Assembly (NCBI GenBank): GCA_951406725.2
Contig: OX597839.1
Location: forward strand, 37,510,001 to 37,574,000
Direction: 5' to 3'
DNA length: 64,000 nucleotides
Origin: Octopus vulgaris
Taxonomy: Eukaryota
The position numbers and the translations under genes were made by a program. Below the pieces are notes generated by a model. The model made no database searches, had not been told where the DNA came from, and saw only the letters and a list, made by a program, of their open reading frames with translations. Below are positions 35,251 to 49,196 of this stretch, one piece after another. The first letter of the stretch is position 1. Every line of letters begins with the position of its first letter.

Positions 35251-36838
35251 TTCTGACTTCGGAGAAAAGCTCTTTCTCGAAATTAGAACTTACGATATCA
35301 CCATTAACTAAATGGTTGATCTACCTGCTAGATATAGCAGCCAAATCTATTTTAAACGAGTAAAGAACACGTCCTGTGCGCCCCTAAAAAGATAGATTAG
35401 TCACGGCTGGAATGCCTTTGATGCCAGTTTATTTAGGATTTGTTTAGTTATTTATTGTCTGAAGGATTGCTCAAAGCAAAACAGTCTGACTTTGTCAGCT
35501 TCAAATAAATATTGTTGGATTATTCAACTAAGCGCCCGTAGCAGTGCAACCTAAATGCGCCCGAACCGGTTCTACGTTAAAAGCACCCAGTTACACTATG
35601 CAAAGTGGCTGGTGTTAGAAAGGGCATCCAGCCGTAGAAATCATGCCAAAACAGACAAATGGAGCTCAGGAAGCTCTTCAGCTGACCAACTGCCATCAAA
35701 CCGTTCGACCCATGCCAGCAGGGAGAACGGACGTTAGATGATGATGATGATTGTGTGTATGTGTAATACCCCTGTAAACAAACCGGTTGTTTATTTATCG
35801 TTAACTATGTTATATGTTACACCGAAAAATTGGTAAGGAACAAGGAAATACCATATACCAAAGTCCCATGTTAAAATGATGTTAGTGTTAATCCTTTGTC
35901 TATTAAAATCACTTGCATAAATTTGTCCTAAACATTCATGCCTGTTTTCAAGCTTTTAGTTGACCCTTGTTTCATACGTTTTGAGAAACATAAAGCTTTT
36001 CTCTCTTAAGTCCTAAGTTATTCTGTTGGTTAAAAAAAAAATGGGAATCATCCTCATCATTTAACGTCTGTTTTCCATGCCGGCATGGGTTGGACAGTTT
36101 GACCTCAGCTGGCAAGCTGGAGAGCTGCACAAGGCTCCAGTTGTCTTTTTTGATATGGTTTCTATGGCTGGATGCCTTTCTTAATGCCAACCGCTTTACA
36201 GAGTGTACCAGGTGCTTTTTATGTGACTGCAACACCAGTCCTTTCTTTATCCCTAACACCAGACACCAGCATGGGTGCTTTTTACTTGGCACCACCACAG
36301 GTGCTTTTTATGGGGCACCATCACAGGTAATGCATATCATATATAATGCATGGATGCTTGGAAAATATGTAGTGTATGTAACATGATACACAGGACAGCT
36401 AAAGGGTTAACATCATTAATATAATTGTGATCATTAAGAAATCTAATTAGAAATAATTATGTGGTAAGAAAAATACAAAATTAGCTTAATAGCTTATTTA
36501 TTTTATTTATTCCTTTATGCTCATCATGTCTCTGAGTAATTAACTTGGATATTTTTTTTGTTACTAATTACACATTATTAAGTATCTGTTACAAGCTTTG
36601 GTACTGTTGAGAAGGCACAGAAAGTGTGCCTAAAGCCAGCTGGAGACGATGATCTCCTGGGGCTAAAAGCTACAGTAACACCCACCCCTTAGTGGTTAGC
36701 CATATTGTGATGGCTAGTATACTTTACGAGAACAAAGAGGATTTCATTGAAAATTTCAGGCTAGTAGCTTTGATGGTTGCAGAGTTTTAAGATTTTGACC
36801 AGGGTGAATGCAAAGATAAAGGTTGATTGGCTCTTGGT

Positions 36839-37004
36839 TAGGACTGGCCCTAGGGTTGCTGGCGCCCCAAGCAAGCTGGATTTTGGCGTGTACAAGCTGA
36901 TGGTCATAGGAATTTCCTTGTCTTTGTCACGCCCTCCTTGGTGCCCCCTAGCACATGATGCCCTGGGCAACTGCTCAAGTTGCTGGTTCCTTGAGCCGGC
37001 CCTG
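36839..37004. mobile_element. hAT-type MITE
   Basis: Degenerate CAGGGCCGGC TIRs; 8-bp TSD ctcttggt/ctcttggc. Confidence 0.75.
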
Positions 37005-37633
37005 CTCTTGGCATTGGTACTGCACACATCCATGTGATATCCAGTAGATCTGTTCAGGTTATAAACCCCAACTTCATGTGATACATTGTAGAGACTGTTG
37101 TAAATAAACCTTGCTTCGTTGGGGGGCACTTTCAACAAGTTATATCATCACACTTAGGCTTGACAGGGTAAACCATTGCTAATCTGTTTTAACCTTTTTA
37201 ATATCAATCTGAGTTTGACCTTGTTTCTAAAATACAAAGCTGCTGTTTTAAATAACTTAAATTGAAACCTTCCTTCAAAATATTGGTTTCAAATTTGGCA
37301 CAAGGCCGGCAATTTCAGTGTTTTATCGACACTGAGGACTTTTACGTACCACCAGCATGGGTGTCATTTGTGCGACACCAGTATCTGTCATGACTGTGAT
37401 TTTACTCGGCTTGACAGGTCTTCTCATGCATGACATAATGCCAAAGGTCTTGGTCATTGCCCCTATGGAGCCTAACACTCAAAAGTCATTTTGACTGTGG
37501 CCATGCTGGAGTACCGCCTTTAGTTGAACAGATCAACCCCAGTACTGATTCTTTGTAAGCCTAATACTTATTCTATCAACCTCTTTTGCTGAATTGCTAA
37601 GTTATGGGGTTGTATATATATATATATATATAT

Positions 37634-37703
<70 letters not shown>

Positions 37704-39329
37704 TACGTATATATATATATATATATATGTATAAGACATTGTAGATCTTTAGCTGGGCTAAAAAGTCACATTTGATCACAGCACCAGTAACAGTTAAACT
37801 TCGTGCAATGGCCATACTCGATAACAAGGGGGCAGCCATCATATATATGTGTGTGTGGAGGTGCAATGGCCCAGTGGTTAGGGCAGTGGACTTGCAGTTT
37901 CAATTCCCAGACCGGGCGCTGTGAGTGTTTATTGAGCGAAAACACCTAAAGCTCCACCAGGCTCTGGTGGGGGGGGGGGGGGCGATCCCTGCTGTACTCT
38001 TTTGCCACAACTTTATCTCACTCTGTTGGCCTGCTCGCTTAGCCAGTGGGGTGGCGTCATTTGAAAGCTAAAACAATGCAAAGAGCATTGTGACCAGCGA
38101 TGTGTAGCAACATCTGATAGCCTGGTCGGTTATGGTGATATATACATACATACATATGTATATACACACACACACAAAGCCAAAAACAAAAGGCATACAA
38201 CATGTTTATCCAACATGGTATGGACCCTTAAGGTGGAATTTTGAACTCAGAAGAAGGACGAAATGCCACTAAGCATTTTGCCTGGCATGCTAACACTTCT
38301 GCCAGCTCACCACTTTCCTTCAAAATATCGGTGTTAATTTATATTCCAAAAACCAGCTTAACCTTTTAGCATTCAGATTATTCTGTCAAATCTAATTCTT
38401 ATTAATTCACAGCATTTTCAATTAATCAGGCATTATCTTGTTACTCTGAGCTTTCAAGGATGTGATTGTACATTTTTAGAATGACAATGTTGGGTAGGGA
38501 TAAGACACCAGATTTTAACAGTTTCAACATAAAACAGATAGAATATTTGGGCTGGATATACGGCTGGTTTAACCCTTTAGTGCTCAGATTATTCTGTCAA
38601 ATGTGATTGTTTATTTAAAATGGTTTGAATTAATCCTGCATTATCTTGTAGTTTAGAGATTTCAGTGATGTGATTTTTTAGTTTTAGAATGACATGGAAG
38701 TCTGAGGTGAGAGGCAAGATCTGGTCAGTTTCAATATAAAATATTGGGCATAGCCGTTAAATATTTCGGCCGGATATGGCTGGTTTGAATGCTAAAGGGT
38801 TTATAATGACAAAGTTATTTTACCAAATTCTTTATTCTTTTCAATATGGATTGGAAGAAAGGCAGTATATTTTTAATAGAACTAAGTTAATAAAAAGGCT
38901 AAGAGAAGCTGGTTTGCTTCTACATTCAGAGTTCATCATCATCATCATCAATATTATCAGCATTATCATTTAACCCTTTCGTTACCGTATTTATTTTGAG
39001 ATGCTCTGTGTTTCAATCAATTAATTTTAAATATAACAAAGAATTTAGTAAAATAACTTAGTCATTATTAAGCTAGAGATGGGAACATAAATTGTGACTA
39101 AGAATTTAATTCAATACTTATGAAAACAAGACATTAATACTACAGAGCCAGAGGCGGTTTTGGCCGGGTTGGTAACAAAAGGGTTTTAATGCTCATCTTC
39201 CATGCTGGTCTGGGTCAAACAGTTTGAGAGAATCTAACAGATCAGAGTATGATATTGAGCTTGATTGTTTGTTTTGGTCACAGTCAAATGACTGAAACAT
39301 GTAAAAGAATAAAATAAAAGAATATATAT

Positions 39330-40110
39330 AGGCACAGGAATTGCTGTGTGGTAAGTAGCTTGTTTACCAACCACATGGCTACAGGTTCAGTCCCACTGCA
39401 TGACACCTTGGGCAAGTGTCTTCTACTACAGCCTCGGGCTGACCAAAGCCTTGTGAGTGGATTTGGTAGACAGAAACTGAAAGAAGCCTGTCGTATATAT
39501 ATGTGTGTGTGTGTGCACGCGCGTTTGTTCCCACCATATCGCTGAATCCAATGTTGGTGCGTTCACGTCCCTGTAACTTAGCAGTTTGGTAAAAGAGACT
39601 GATAGAATAAGTACTAGGCTTACAAAGAACAAGTCCCAGGGTCGATTTGCTCAACTAACAACGGTGCTCCAGCATGGCCGCAGTCACATGACTGAAACAA
39701 ATAAAAGAAATAAACGAAAGGCGCAGGAGTGGCTGTGTGGTAAGTAGCTTGCTAACCAACCACATGATTCCGGGTTCAGTCCCACTGCATGGCATCTTGG
39801 GCAAGTGTCTTCTGCTATAGCCCCGGGCCAACCAATGCCTTGTGAGTGGATTTGGTAGACGGAAACTGAAAGAAGCCTGTCGTATATATGTATATATCTA
39901 TGTATCTGTGTTTACGTCCCCCTAGCATTGCTTGACAACCGATGCTGGTGTGTTTACGTCCCCGTCACTTAGTGGTTCGGCAAAAGAGACCGATAGAATA
40001 AGTACTGGGCTTACAAAGAATAAGTCCCAGGGTCGATTTGCTCGACTTAAGGTGGTGCTCCAGCATGGCCGCAGTCAAATGACTGAAACATATAAAAAAG
40101 AAAAAGAGAA
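39330..40110 (+). mobile_element. Two tandem SINE family A copies (39330-39712, 39720-40110)
   Basis: Head-core-tail twice; a 5'-truncated copy lies at 40837-41117. Confidence 0.9.
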
Positions 40111-40129
40111 AGAATATATTGTATGTATG

Positions 40130-40171
<42 letters not shown>

Positions 40172-40192
40172 TACATATATATGTGTGTGAAT

Positions 40193-40227
<35 letters not shown>

Positions 40228-41234
40228 CAGATGTGCAGAAGGGGCTGTAATGGGATCAGAGGCAGGTTGGGAGGGAAGGGGGCAAACTTCTTAAGTGACA
40301 GATGCAAAGCAGTAGTTAGCAGAAAGGTTACACTTAAGATGAATTCCCTGAAATTCTCAGAAAACTCCCTAGAAGTAGATGATGGCTTTCGTTACCTAGG
40401 TGACCTAATTAACTGTGAAGGTGAGTGCTCTCAAGTGAGAAAGCCTGTGGCCTCGAGGTTAGTGTGTTACTTTCATGATTGTAAGATTGTGGTTTCGATT
40501 CCTGAACTGTGCAGTGCAGTGTGTTCTTGAGCAAGACCCTTCATTTCATGTTGCTTTAGTCAACTCAGCTGTAAATAAATAGCCTCGTGGCCGATCAGCA
40601 TTGCATTCAGTGCCTGACGACCTATATTGGTCTGTTTATGTCCCCATAACTTAGCGGTTCAGCAAAAGAAACTGATAGAAGAAGTACTAGGCTTTACAGA
40701 AAAAAAAATATATTTAGTACTAGGGTCAATTCTGCCAACTAAAATTCTTCAATGTGTTGCTCCAGCATGGCCACAGTCTAATGACTGAAAGCAGTAAAAG
40801 ATAAAAATAAAGGAAAAAAAACAACAAAGAATTTGTCTTGTGAGTGGATTTGGTAGACGGAAACTGAAAGAAGCCCGTCGTATATATGTATATATATATG
40901 TGTATGTTTGTGTGTCTGTGTTTGTCCCTCTAGCATTGCTTGACAACCGATGCTGGTGTGTTTATGTCCCTGTCACTTAGCAGTTCGGCAAAAGAGACCG
41001 ATAGGATAAGTACTGGGCTTACAAAAAATAAGACCCGGGTTCGATTTGCTCGGCTTAAGGCGGTGCTCCAGCATGGCCGCAGTCAAATGACTGAAACAAG
41101 TAAAAGAGTAAAAGAGAAAGAAAAAAGTGCAGGATTAACCATTAAGCAAAATAAGCTTGTGTTCAGGGTATCAAGGGAGGCAGTGAAGACATGGTGAATA
41201 TTGACCTTAAGGGCTGAACCTTAGAAAGGAGACA

Positions 41235-41718
41235 ATCATCATCATCATTGTTTGACCGTGGTCGAGACAATGGAATTTACCATGCTACGCCAGACTTCAC
41301 GGTCCATCATAGCATTACGGAGGTCCTGTTGCTGGATGCCTGTATCCCTGGAGATTACATCAGGGTAGGAGAGTGTGCACCCTCTGGTGTTGCGAGTAGA
41401 TGGCTTCCAGAGGAGAAGAGTAGAAACTGCCTCTTTTTCAGCTCTACAACAATGTCCAGCAAACTGAACTCTCCTACCTTTCACAAGAGATGACACAGGT
41501 GGTAGTTTCCCATATATTTGCATTTTGGTTGGATGGCGCTTCCACGAGAGATTTTGAGCTCTCATAAGGAGGCGAGTGTAGGTTCCATCCAACCGCCTCT
41601 CAAGCTTCTTTGATAACGTCCAGGTTTCTGAGCCATATAGTAGAATTGGTTTGACTGTGGCTTTGAAGATTTCAAGTTTGAAGTCTCTACTTAGATTTGA
41701 TGACCAGATCTTATGCAT
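41235..41718 (-). mobile_element. RTE-clade LINE 3' fragment
   Basis: ORF 41245-41718 is nearly identical to ORF 11374-12015. Confidence 0.92.
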
Positions 41719-41949
41719 GTCATCGTTTCACAAGAGATGACACAGGTGGTAGTTTCCCATATATTTGCATTTTGGTTGGATGACGCTTCCACGAGAGACA
41801 ATAATGGACTGTGATTTCTGGTGAGAAGCTATGCTAGAGATGATTCACCCAAGCCATGAATGCATAAATATGGGCGAAAATAGATGAAATCTGCAAGATA
41901 GAAGACAGAGCTGGGAAAGTCATGTGATGCACTTCAAAGTGTATGGAAC

Positions 41950-43260
41950 TTGTGAAAGAAGGAAACCAAACATGACATAGGATGGAAAGGTGAAGACTGA
42001 TTTCAAAGGCTAAATCTGAGAAGGAAGATGACAAAGAACTGTGACTCAAGGTGAAGGAGATGCTAGGCTTGAGGGAGTGTGGTGGGGAAACTGAACTCAA
42101 CAAAAGAGTTGAGTGGAGGAGAGGCAGGTAAGATAGGAGTGCCTGAGTGAGGGTGGGTGGCATGAGGCTAACCAGATCTGAGAAGAGGCCACTGTAGTAG
42201 CAGTAGAAAAGATAGAGATGGGACATAGCATGCCTGTGGAGAAGAAGCTGGGGCATGTCTGTGAGTGAGTCCACTCTGTAAAGTGGTGGGTGTTAGGAAG
42301 GGCATCCAGTTATAACAATTATGCCAAACAGACCTCACTGGTGCTGGTACCATATAAAAAGTACCCAGTTCACTCTGTAAAGTGGTGGGTGTTAGGAAGA
42401 GCATCCAATTATACCAATTATGCCAAACAGACCTCACTGGTGCTGGTACCATATAAAAAGTACCCAGTTCACTCTGTAAAGTGGTGGGTGTTAGGAAGAG
42501 CATCCAATTATACCAAATAGACCTGACTGGTGCTGGTACCATGTAAAAAGTACCCAGTTCACTCTGTAAAGTGGTTAGCATTAGAAAGGGCATCCAGCCA
42601 TTTAAAATAAAAACAGACAGGAGAACTTGGTGCAATCCTCCGCCTAAGCAGTTCCTGTCAAACCACCCAACCAATACCAGCGTGGAAGATGAACATTAAC
42701 CCTTTAGCATTCAGATTACTCTGTCAAATGTAAAGCCTGTTTAATCACATTGTTTAAAATTAATTGTACAGCATCTTGTAACTCTGGGATATTGATGATG
42801 TTCCTGTTTATTTTTAGAATGACTTTGTAGGGTAGGTGTGAGAGGTCAGAGCTGGCTGGTTTGAGAATAAAACAGGAAGACAATTTTGGCCTGATATGGC
42901 CGGTTTAAACACTAAAGGGTTAAATGTCCATAAATGATGATGATAGTTAGGTGACTCTTTTCTCAATGTGTCTAGGATGTCTGTTTGTGCAGCATCAGAC
43001 ACAGCTGCGCTGTTCCAGATGTGAGAGTGATGCTCCATTATGGGCCTCACTTGAGCTTTGTAGAATAGCAATAATTGTTGGGGGTTGAGGTGTGGGAGTG
43101 TGTGGGCGAAGTATTTTCTAACCCTGACATAAAAAGGACCAGTCATTGAGATTTGGTCCTAGTTATGTTAAGGATGAGCTTTTGCCAGGAGAGATTCTCA
43201 ATGATGTGACCCAACAACTAGTGAGTTTGAGGACTTTTTCTCCCACTTCTTTCCTTCTAC
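41950..43260 (-). mobile_element. Old LINE relic interrupted by a family C array (42272-42695, 99-bp period) and a TTAA MITE
   Basis: RVRKYF...LLLFYKAQVRPIMEHHSHIW and LFYCYYSG motifs. Confidence 0.65.
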
Positions 43261-46200
43261 CTTCCTTTCTTTCTTTGTATGTGTTCACACACACACAGGC
43301 AGCCCTTTTATTTTTGACTTGTTTCTATCATTGGACTGAGGCCATGCAAGGGTACTGCCTTGGAGGGCTTTAGTTGAACGAATTGTCATCAGTACTTATG
43401 TATTTTTTTTTAGCTGATCTGGTACTTATTGTATCAGTCTCCTTTGCAAACGGCTATGTCCAAAGTGCCACGCAGTGGGACTGAATCCAGATCCACGTGG
43501 TTGTTGCAAAGCGTGCTTCTTAACCATACACACACACTCAAGCGAAAACGGAAATTGTTTTGGACTTCCAAAATTACCAGTACCAGTTCAAGAAGGTCTG
43601 CGATGGAGACACTGACCCGCTCTCTATTACTAGCTTACATACGTATAAGTTAAAACACGTTTCAATGGGTTATCCTGGACTGGGTTACAAACTCATATCC
43701 TTGCCGGTTTGAGCTTACTCTTAGGCCTACGTGACGACTGTCAATATGAATAAGCTATTCATCCGTTTGGATGGAAACGGATAACGGATGAAAATAGCCT
43801 AGTGGACAGCTTTCGACCATTCACCGGAAATGACGCAAAGCGTACATGTTCTTCCTTTTATGGTCGAAAGGAAAAGTTAGTGTGATGTTTATTGTATGTG
43901 TGTGTTTGTTAGTTGAGGAGAGAGAGAGATATAGAGATAGACAGGGACATATACATATATAGTGAACGTATTTGTGTATGAGAGAAAGAGAGAGAGAAAA
44001 AAGACATTGAGAGAGATGGATATAGAGTAGTGTTTGTCTGTGTATAAGAAAGATAGTGGAAAGGTGCTTTCCTAGTCTGCCCCATCACTAACCACATCTT
44101 GTCTTCCTCCCTCATCGCTAGCTTTCTTAACTGCTTTGCCCTTTATACACACACACACACACGCACATATATATATGTATATATAAAGCATTACACCTCT
44201 CTGTCAGTCTGCCTTGTTCACCCTATACAAATACAAATTATATTTCTTGCCTTCTAAATAACTACAGCCGACTATCTCTCTCTCTCTCTTTCTCTCTCGC
44301 CTGTATCTTTCTGTCTATCTCCCCCCCTCCCGTTATTACCTGACTAACTATCTTCCTCCCTCTATATGTCACTCTTTCTCTCCACCTACAACTGCATCTG
44401 ACTCGCTAACCACCCCCTCTCTCTCTGCCTTTCAATCTATCTAAGCCATTTATAACGATATACAACTATCTATTTATCTACAACAGTCTTCTCTATCTTA
44501 TCCGGCAGACTGTCTGTTTATATTTATATATAAATATATATATATATTCTCTCACACACCTATCAGTTAGCGGGCATTTTGTCTTCCACCTAAGGTGGGG
44601 TGTGTTATAAGAACACGTTAACTAGTTTCCAGTTGGTGTCTTACCTTCGTTAAAGAAGTCACATACACACATATTCATAAACATATGAATATATATATAT
44701 AAATATACACACCCACACATATATATATGTATGTGTGTGTAGAGAGAGAGAGACAGCGAGAGAAACATCTAACTTCTGTTTACCGATGTTGGGTAAGTAT
44801 TAATTAAAAGTTATTTTCTATACAGTTTTCATATTGATGTTCTTAATGACATTCATGAATAGAAAAGGCATGAATGTCACTTAATCATATGTTCTCCCTT
44901 CCCATTAAAAAAAAAAAAAAGACACGAAAATCTACGAGGTAATTTGTATGTAAGAATTTATCAAAGCAATTAGAATGTGCGTGTCAAATCGGTCACTTGT
45001 GTTTTACAGCAAATTAAATCTGTTCATTTACTGTTTCTTTTTTATTTTTACGCTTAATTGAAATCCTGTCCGGTTAAGTGGAACCGACGACTTTGCTTTA
45101 CAATTACACAGGTATCGGTAAAGTATGTACCAGTTATATACTGAGGGAGTTGGGACGGAACGGGTTATAGAGTCGGCTAATGCGTTGGTCTGTCCTGCAA
45201 AATTCGTGGCGCCTGTACGCAAACCCTTTTCTTATCATCGAAATATAAGTGAAAGATGTTATATTACAACAACTTAACTAACGTCTTCCTTTCCTTGTTG
45301 TTAGTCATTTAGATCCAAGTCAACCTTAACTGAACTAACCGATGATTAAACGTGTTCCAACCGTGACCGCCCCATCCATTTTAGAGGAATATGTCGGGTT
45401 GCATTAGACAATGTGTCCCTTATTTTAGAATGTCAGTTAGATTTGGTTGTTATTTCTAGCGGCTTGAATCAACCTGGTAGATGCTGATGTGGTCTTGTTA
45501 TAAAAGGCACAGTCAGAATTGTGCTGAGTTCAAATCTGGGCTTGGAGGTTAAACTCCACTCTTTTCATCATCCCACTCAGGGTTCGATTAAATGAAGTAC
45601 CAGTCATATAAAGAGTCGATTTAATCGACTAAGCCCCTTCCTCTTAAAATAGCTAACCCTGTTCCTGAATTAGAAGCAATTATTATGATTATTGTCAGTG
45701 TTTAACCCCTGGTTACCCTTGATCCAGCTTATGTTGAACGCGTTCCTGTTGTGACCATCTTTTTGGTCAAACATGGTACGTGTTGGACAACAAGAGCCAA
45801 TGTTTCTCCCCCGTTTTTCCCCCCTTTTCTTTCAGACAGCAGGCATGTGAATAGTTGATTTTGATGATTCTAGAACATTGAGTGATGATTGACCATAAAG
45901 ATGCTCCCGCCGGTATTAAGGCACCGGGGTAGACAGCGCATGATCTTAGCCTGGATGCTGTTACAGTCCTTCTACTCCTTTCCGTCGGCTATGTCCTTGG
46001 GTTTTACTGTAGTGGTTGGTCATAGACCAATTTCCAAAGAAATACCAGTAATACATACAGATAGTTAATGACTCATTTGCTAACACCGATTTTTCTTCCT
46101 CTTGCCTAGTTTTTGTACATTGTCAAAAAAGAAAAAAAGAAAAGAATTCCATTTGTTTTGTTCTCGTTTGCGTATTATATAGTTGACAATTGTGGGGTAG

Positions 46201-46286
46201 TCATTTTATACACATATATATTTACAGTCCATAAAAACACGATTCCGAGAAAAGAAGCACACTCCAAGTTATAGAGCAGTATATAT

Positions 46287-46442
46287 TAAAGTTAGAATAA
46301 GGCCGGTTTATGGGGTTACCTCAGGTTTCACGTCCGTAAAGGGTTTAGCTTTATGGCGTTTCATCAGATCCAAAACCCTGTTTGCTTAAGGCCTCTCAGT
46401 CTCGCTAAAGTAACCCCATAAACCGGCCTTATCTAACTTTAA
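46287..46442. mobile_element. Small MITE-like element with ~33-bp terminal inverted repeats
   Basis: ttaaagttagaataaggccggtttatggggttac / gtaaccccataaaccggccttatctaactttaa. Confidence 0.75.
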
Positions 46443-46451
46443 GATATATAT

Positions 46452-46618
46452 ATTTGGCTGCTATTTCTAAACTTCGGTATGTGGTAAAGCAAAATCTTTG
46501 CTGAACCCTAATTATTAAGTATTACTTAAGTTTACCGTGAAATGGTCCTTTTTTTCATGCCGAATTCTACTTGGTGAAATTATTGATTACTTCTTAATTA
46601 ATTAATTTTACCCTTTGT

Positions 46619-46650
<32 letters not shown>

Positions 46651-46812
46651 TTGGCTGCTATTTCTAAACTTCGGTATGTGGTAAAGCAAATCTTTGCTGA
46701 ACCCTAATTATTAAGTATTACTTAAGTTTACCGTGAAATGGTCCTTTATTCATGCCGAATTCTACTTGGTGAAATTATTGATTACTTCTTAATTAATTAA
46801 TTTTACCCTTTG

Positions 46813-46853
<41 letters not shown>

Positions 46854-47036
46854 GCTGCTATTTCTAAACTTCGGTATGTGGTAAAGCAAATCTTTGCTGA
46901 ACCCTAATTATTAAGTATTACTTAAGTTTACCGTGAAATGGTCCTTTATTCATGCCGAATTCTACTTGGTGAAATTATTGATTACTTCTTAATTAATTAA
47001 TTTTACCTTGTTATATATATATATATATATATATAT
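46452..47036. repeat. Three tandem ~165-bp units, each followed by (TA)n
   Basis: Near-identical units starting ttggctgctatttctaaac. Confidence 0.9.
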
Positions 47037-47169
47037 AATCAGCCGAAATTGCGAGGATGATCTGGTTCTTGACTGAAGATTGAGGGCTTCGAATGTCCCG
47101 TCCGTGTTTTTTGTATCGTCTTCTAAGTGTTTTGCGTTCTTGTCCCAGTTTGTATTTTTCTACATATAA

Positions 47170-47215
<46 letters not shown>

Positions 47216-47934
47216 GCGTGTGTGTTGGTATGTACTTATGCATGTATGTATACGTTATGTTCATGTATTTATATGTGTGTGTGTGTGTGAAGGGGCGCGG
47301 AGTTTTGAAATAGCTGCCCCTCGAAGTCCCACATGTCACACATGGGAAAGGAAACAGAAGTAGTTGGCGCAAGAAGGGCAAAAATATTATTTTTAAAAAA
47401 ATCATCGAAATCATCGGCATAAAAAAACCCCACCAACCCAGACCAACTCTTGTATGAAAGAGGAATATTAAAAATGAAAAAAGAAAAAACTAAAAAAAAC
47501 ACTATACTTTTCTCAAGAGGTTTGGAACTTCGAGGGACTGTTATTCTAAAACTCTGCCTGTATATTTATGTTTTAGAATAGAAATTGCGCAATTAAAAGT
47601 AAAAGAGAGTACGCAATACGAAATGTTGAGTTACAGTTTATTAGAAGCTGAAAACAGCACTAACTCTTTACTGAGTTTCACGTTTCCGATTTTTCGGGCG
47701 ACGATGAAGAGTAGAACAAGGACGGCCAGTTTTTGTAATATAATCTTACGTTGGAAAAATATATTACAGAAAAGTAACGGTTTGGGAAGTTTACAACTTC
47801 ACACTCACACGTATTTCCTGTGTGTGTGTGTGTATATGTATGTGCGTACTTACGTATATATGTACTGTCTGTCTGTCTTAAAATTAATTAAATAGTTGAG
47901 TGTACTTCTTTTTCGGATATTTGATACATTGACG

Positions 47935-48097
47935 ATATATATATATATGTATGTGTATATATGTGTGTATGTATGTATGTATGTATGTGTATATATATGT
48001 GTGTATGTATGTATGTGTATATATGTGTGTATGTATGTATGTGTATATATGTGTGTATGTATGTATATATATATATGTATGTCTGTATGTGTATATG

Positions 48098-48128
<31 letters not shown>

Positions 48129-48690
48129 GTACATGTATGTATGTATGTATATGTATGTATGTATGTATATGTATGTATGTACATGTATGTATATATATGT
48201 ATGTATGTACATGTATGTATATATATGTATGTATGTACATGTATGTATATATATGTATGTATGTACATGTATGTATATATATGTATGTATGTACATGTAT
48301 GTATATACATGTATGTATGTACATGTATGTATATACATGTATGTATATACATGTATGTATATACATGTATGTATATACATGTATGTATATACATGTATGT
48401 ATATACATGTATGTATATATATATATGTATATATATATATGTATATATATATATGTATATATATATATGTATATATATATATGTATATATATATATGTAT
48501 ATATATATATGTATATATATATATGTATATATATATATGTATGTACATGTATGTATGTATATATATATGTATGTATGTATATATATGTAGTATGTATATA
48601 TATGTAGTATGTATATATATGTAGTATGTATATATATGTATGTATGTATGTATATATATGTATGTATGTATGTATATATATGTATGTATG

Positions 48691-48722
<32 letters not shown>

Positions 48723-48790
48723 TGTGTTTGTAAACATGCGTATATACATGCATATACACATGCATACTCAGTGTGTGTGATGTATATATA
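47935..48790. repeat. Complex TA/TATG/TACATG microsatellite
   Basis: Direct inspection. Confidence 0.95.
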
Positions 48791-48811
48791 TGTATTTATA
48801 TATTCAATCTT

Positions 48812-49196
48812 TTAATCTTTCACTTGTGTCATTCATTTGACTGCGGCCATGCTGGAGCCCCGCCTTGAAGGGGTTTTGCCGGACAAATCAACACCAGGGC
48901 CTTTTTTTAAAGCCTAGTACTTATTCTATCGGTATCTTTGCCAAAACGCTTATATACGGGGGCGTAAAAACACAAACACTCGTTGTCAAGCGGTCGTGGG
49001 ACACAAAGACATACACAATAGATATATGTGTACATGCGACGGGCTTCTTTCAGTTTCCGCCTACCAAATCCACTCACAAGGCTTTGGTCGGTCCGAGGCT
49101 ATAGGAGAAGAAGACACTTGCCCAAGGTGCCACGCAGTGGGGCTGAACCCGGGACCGTGTGGTTTGGAAGCAAGCTTCTTACCACATAGCCACGCC
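48812..49196 (-). mobile_element. SINE family A, diverged
   Basis: Head, core and tail. Confidence 0.8.

Noticed and set aside
36761-37138. 125-aa ORF as a gene
   Set aside because: It crosses a MITE with TSDs (36839-37004); no recognisable domain or splice context
43112-43130. Telomerase RNA template-like CTAACCCTGA
   Set aside because: It lies inside an old LINE coding relic (the RVRKYF codons on the minus strand)
47070-47110. CTGAAGA...TCGAA hammerhead candidate (also 55415-55460)
   Set aside because: Stems I and III cannot be formed convincingly
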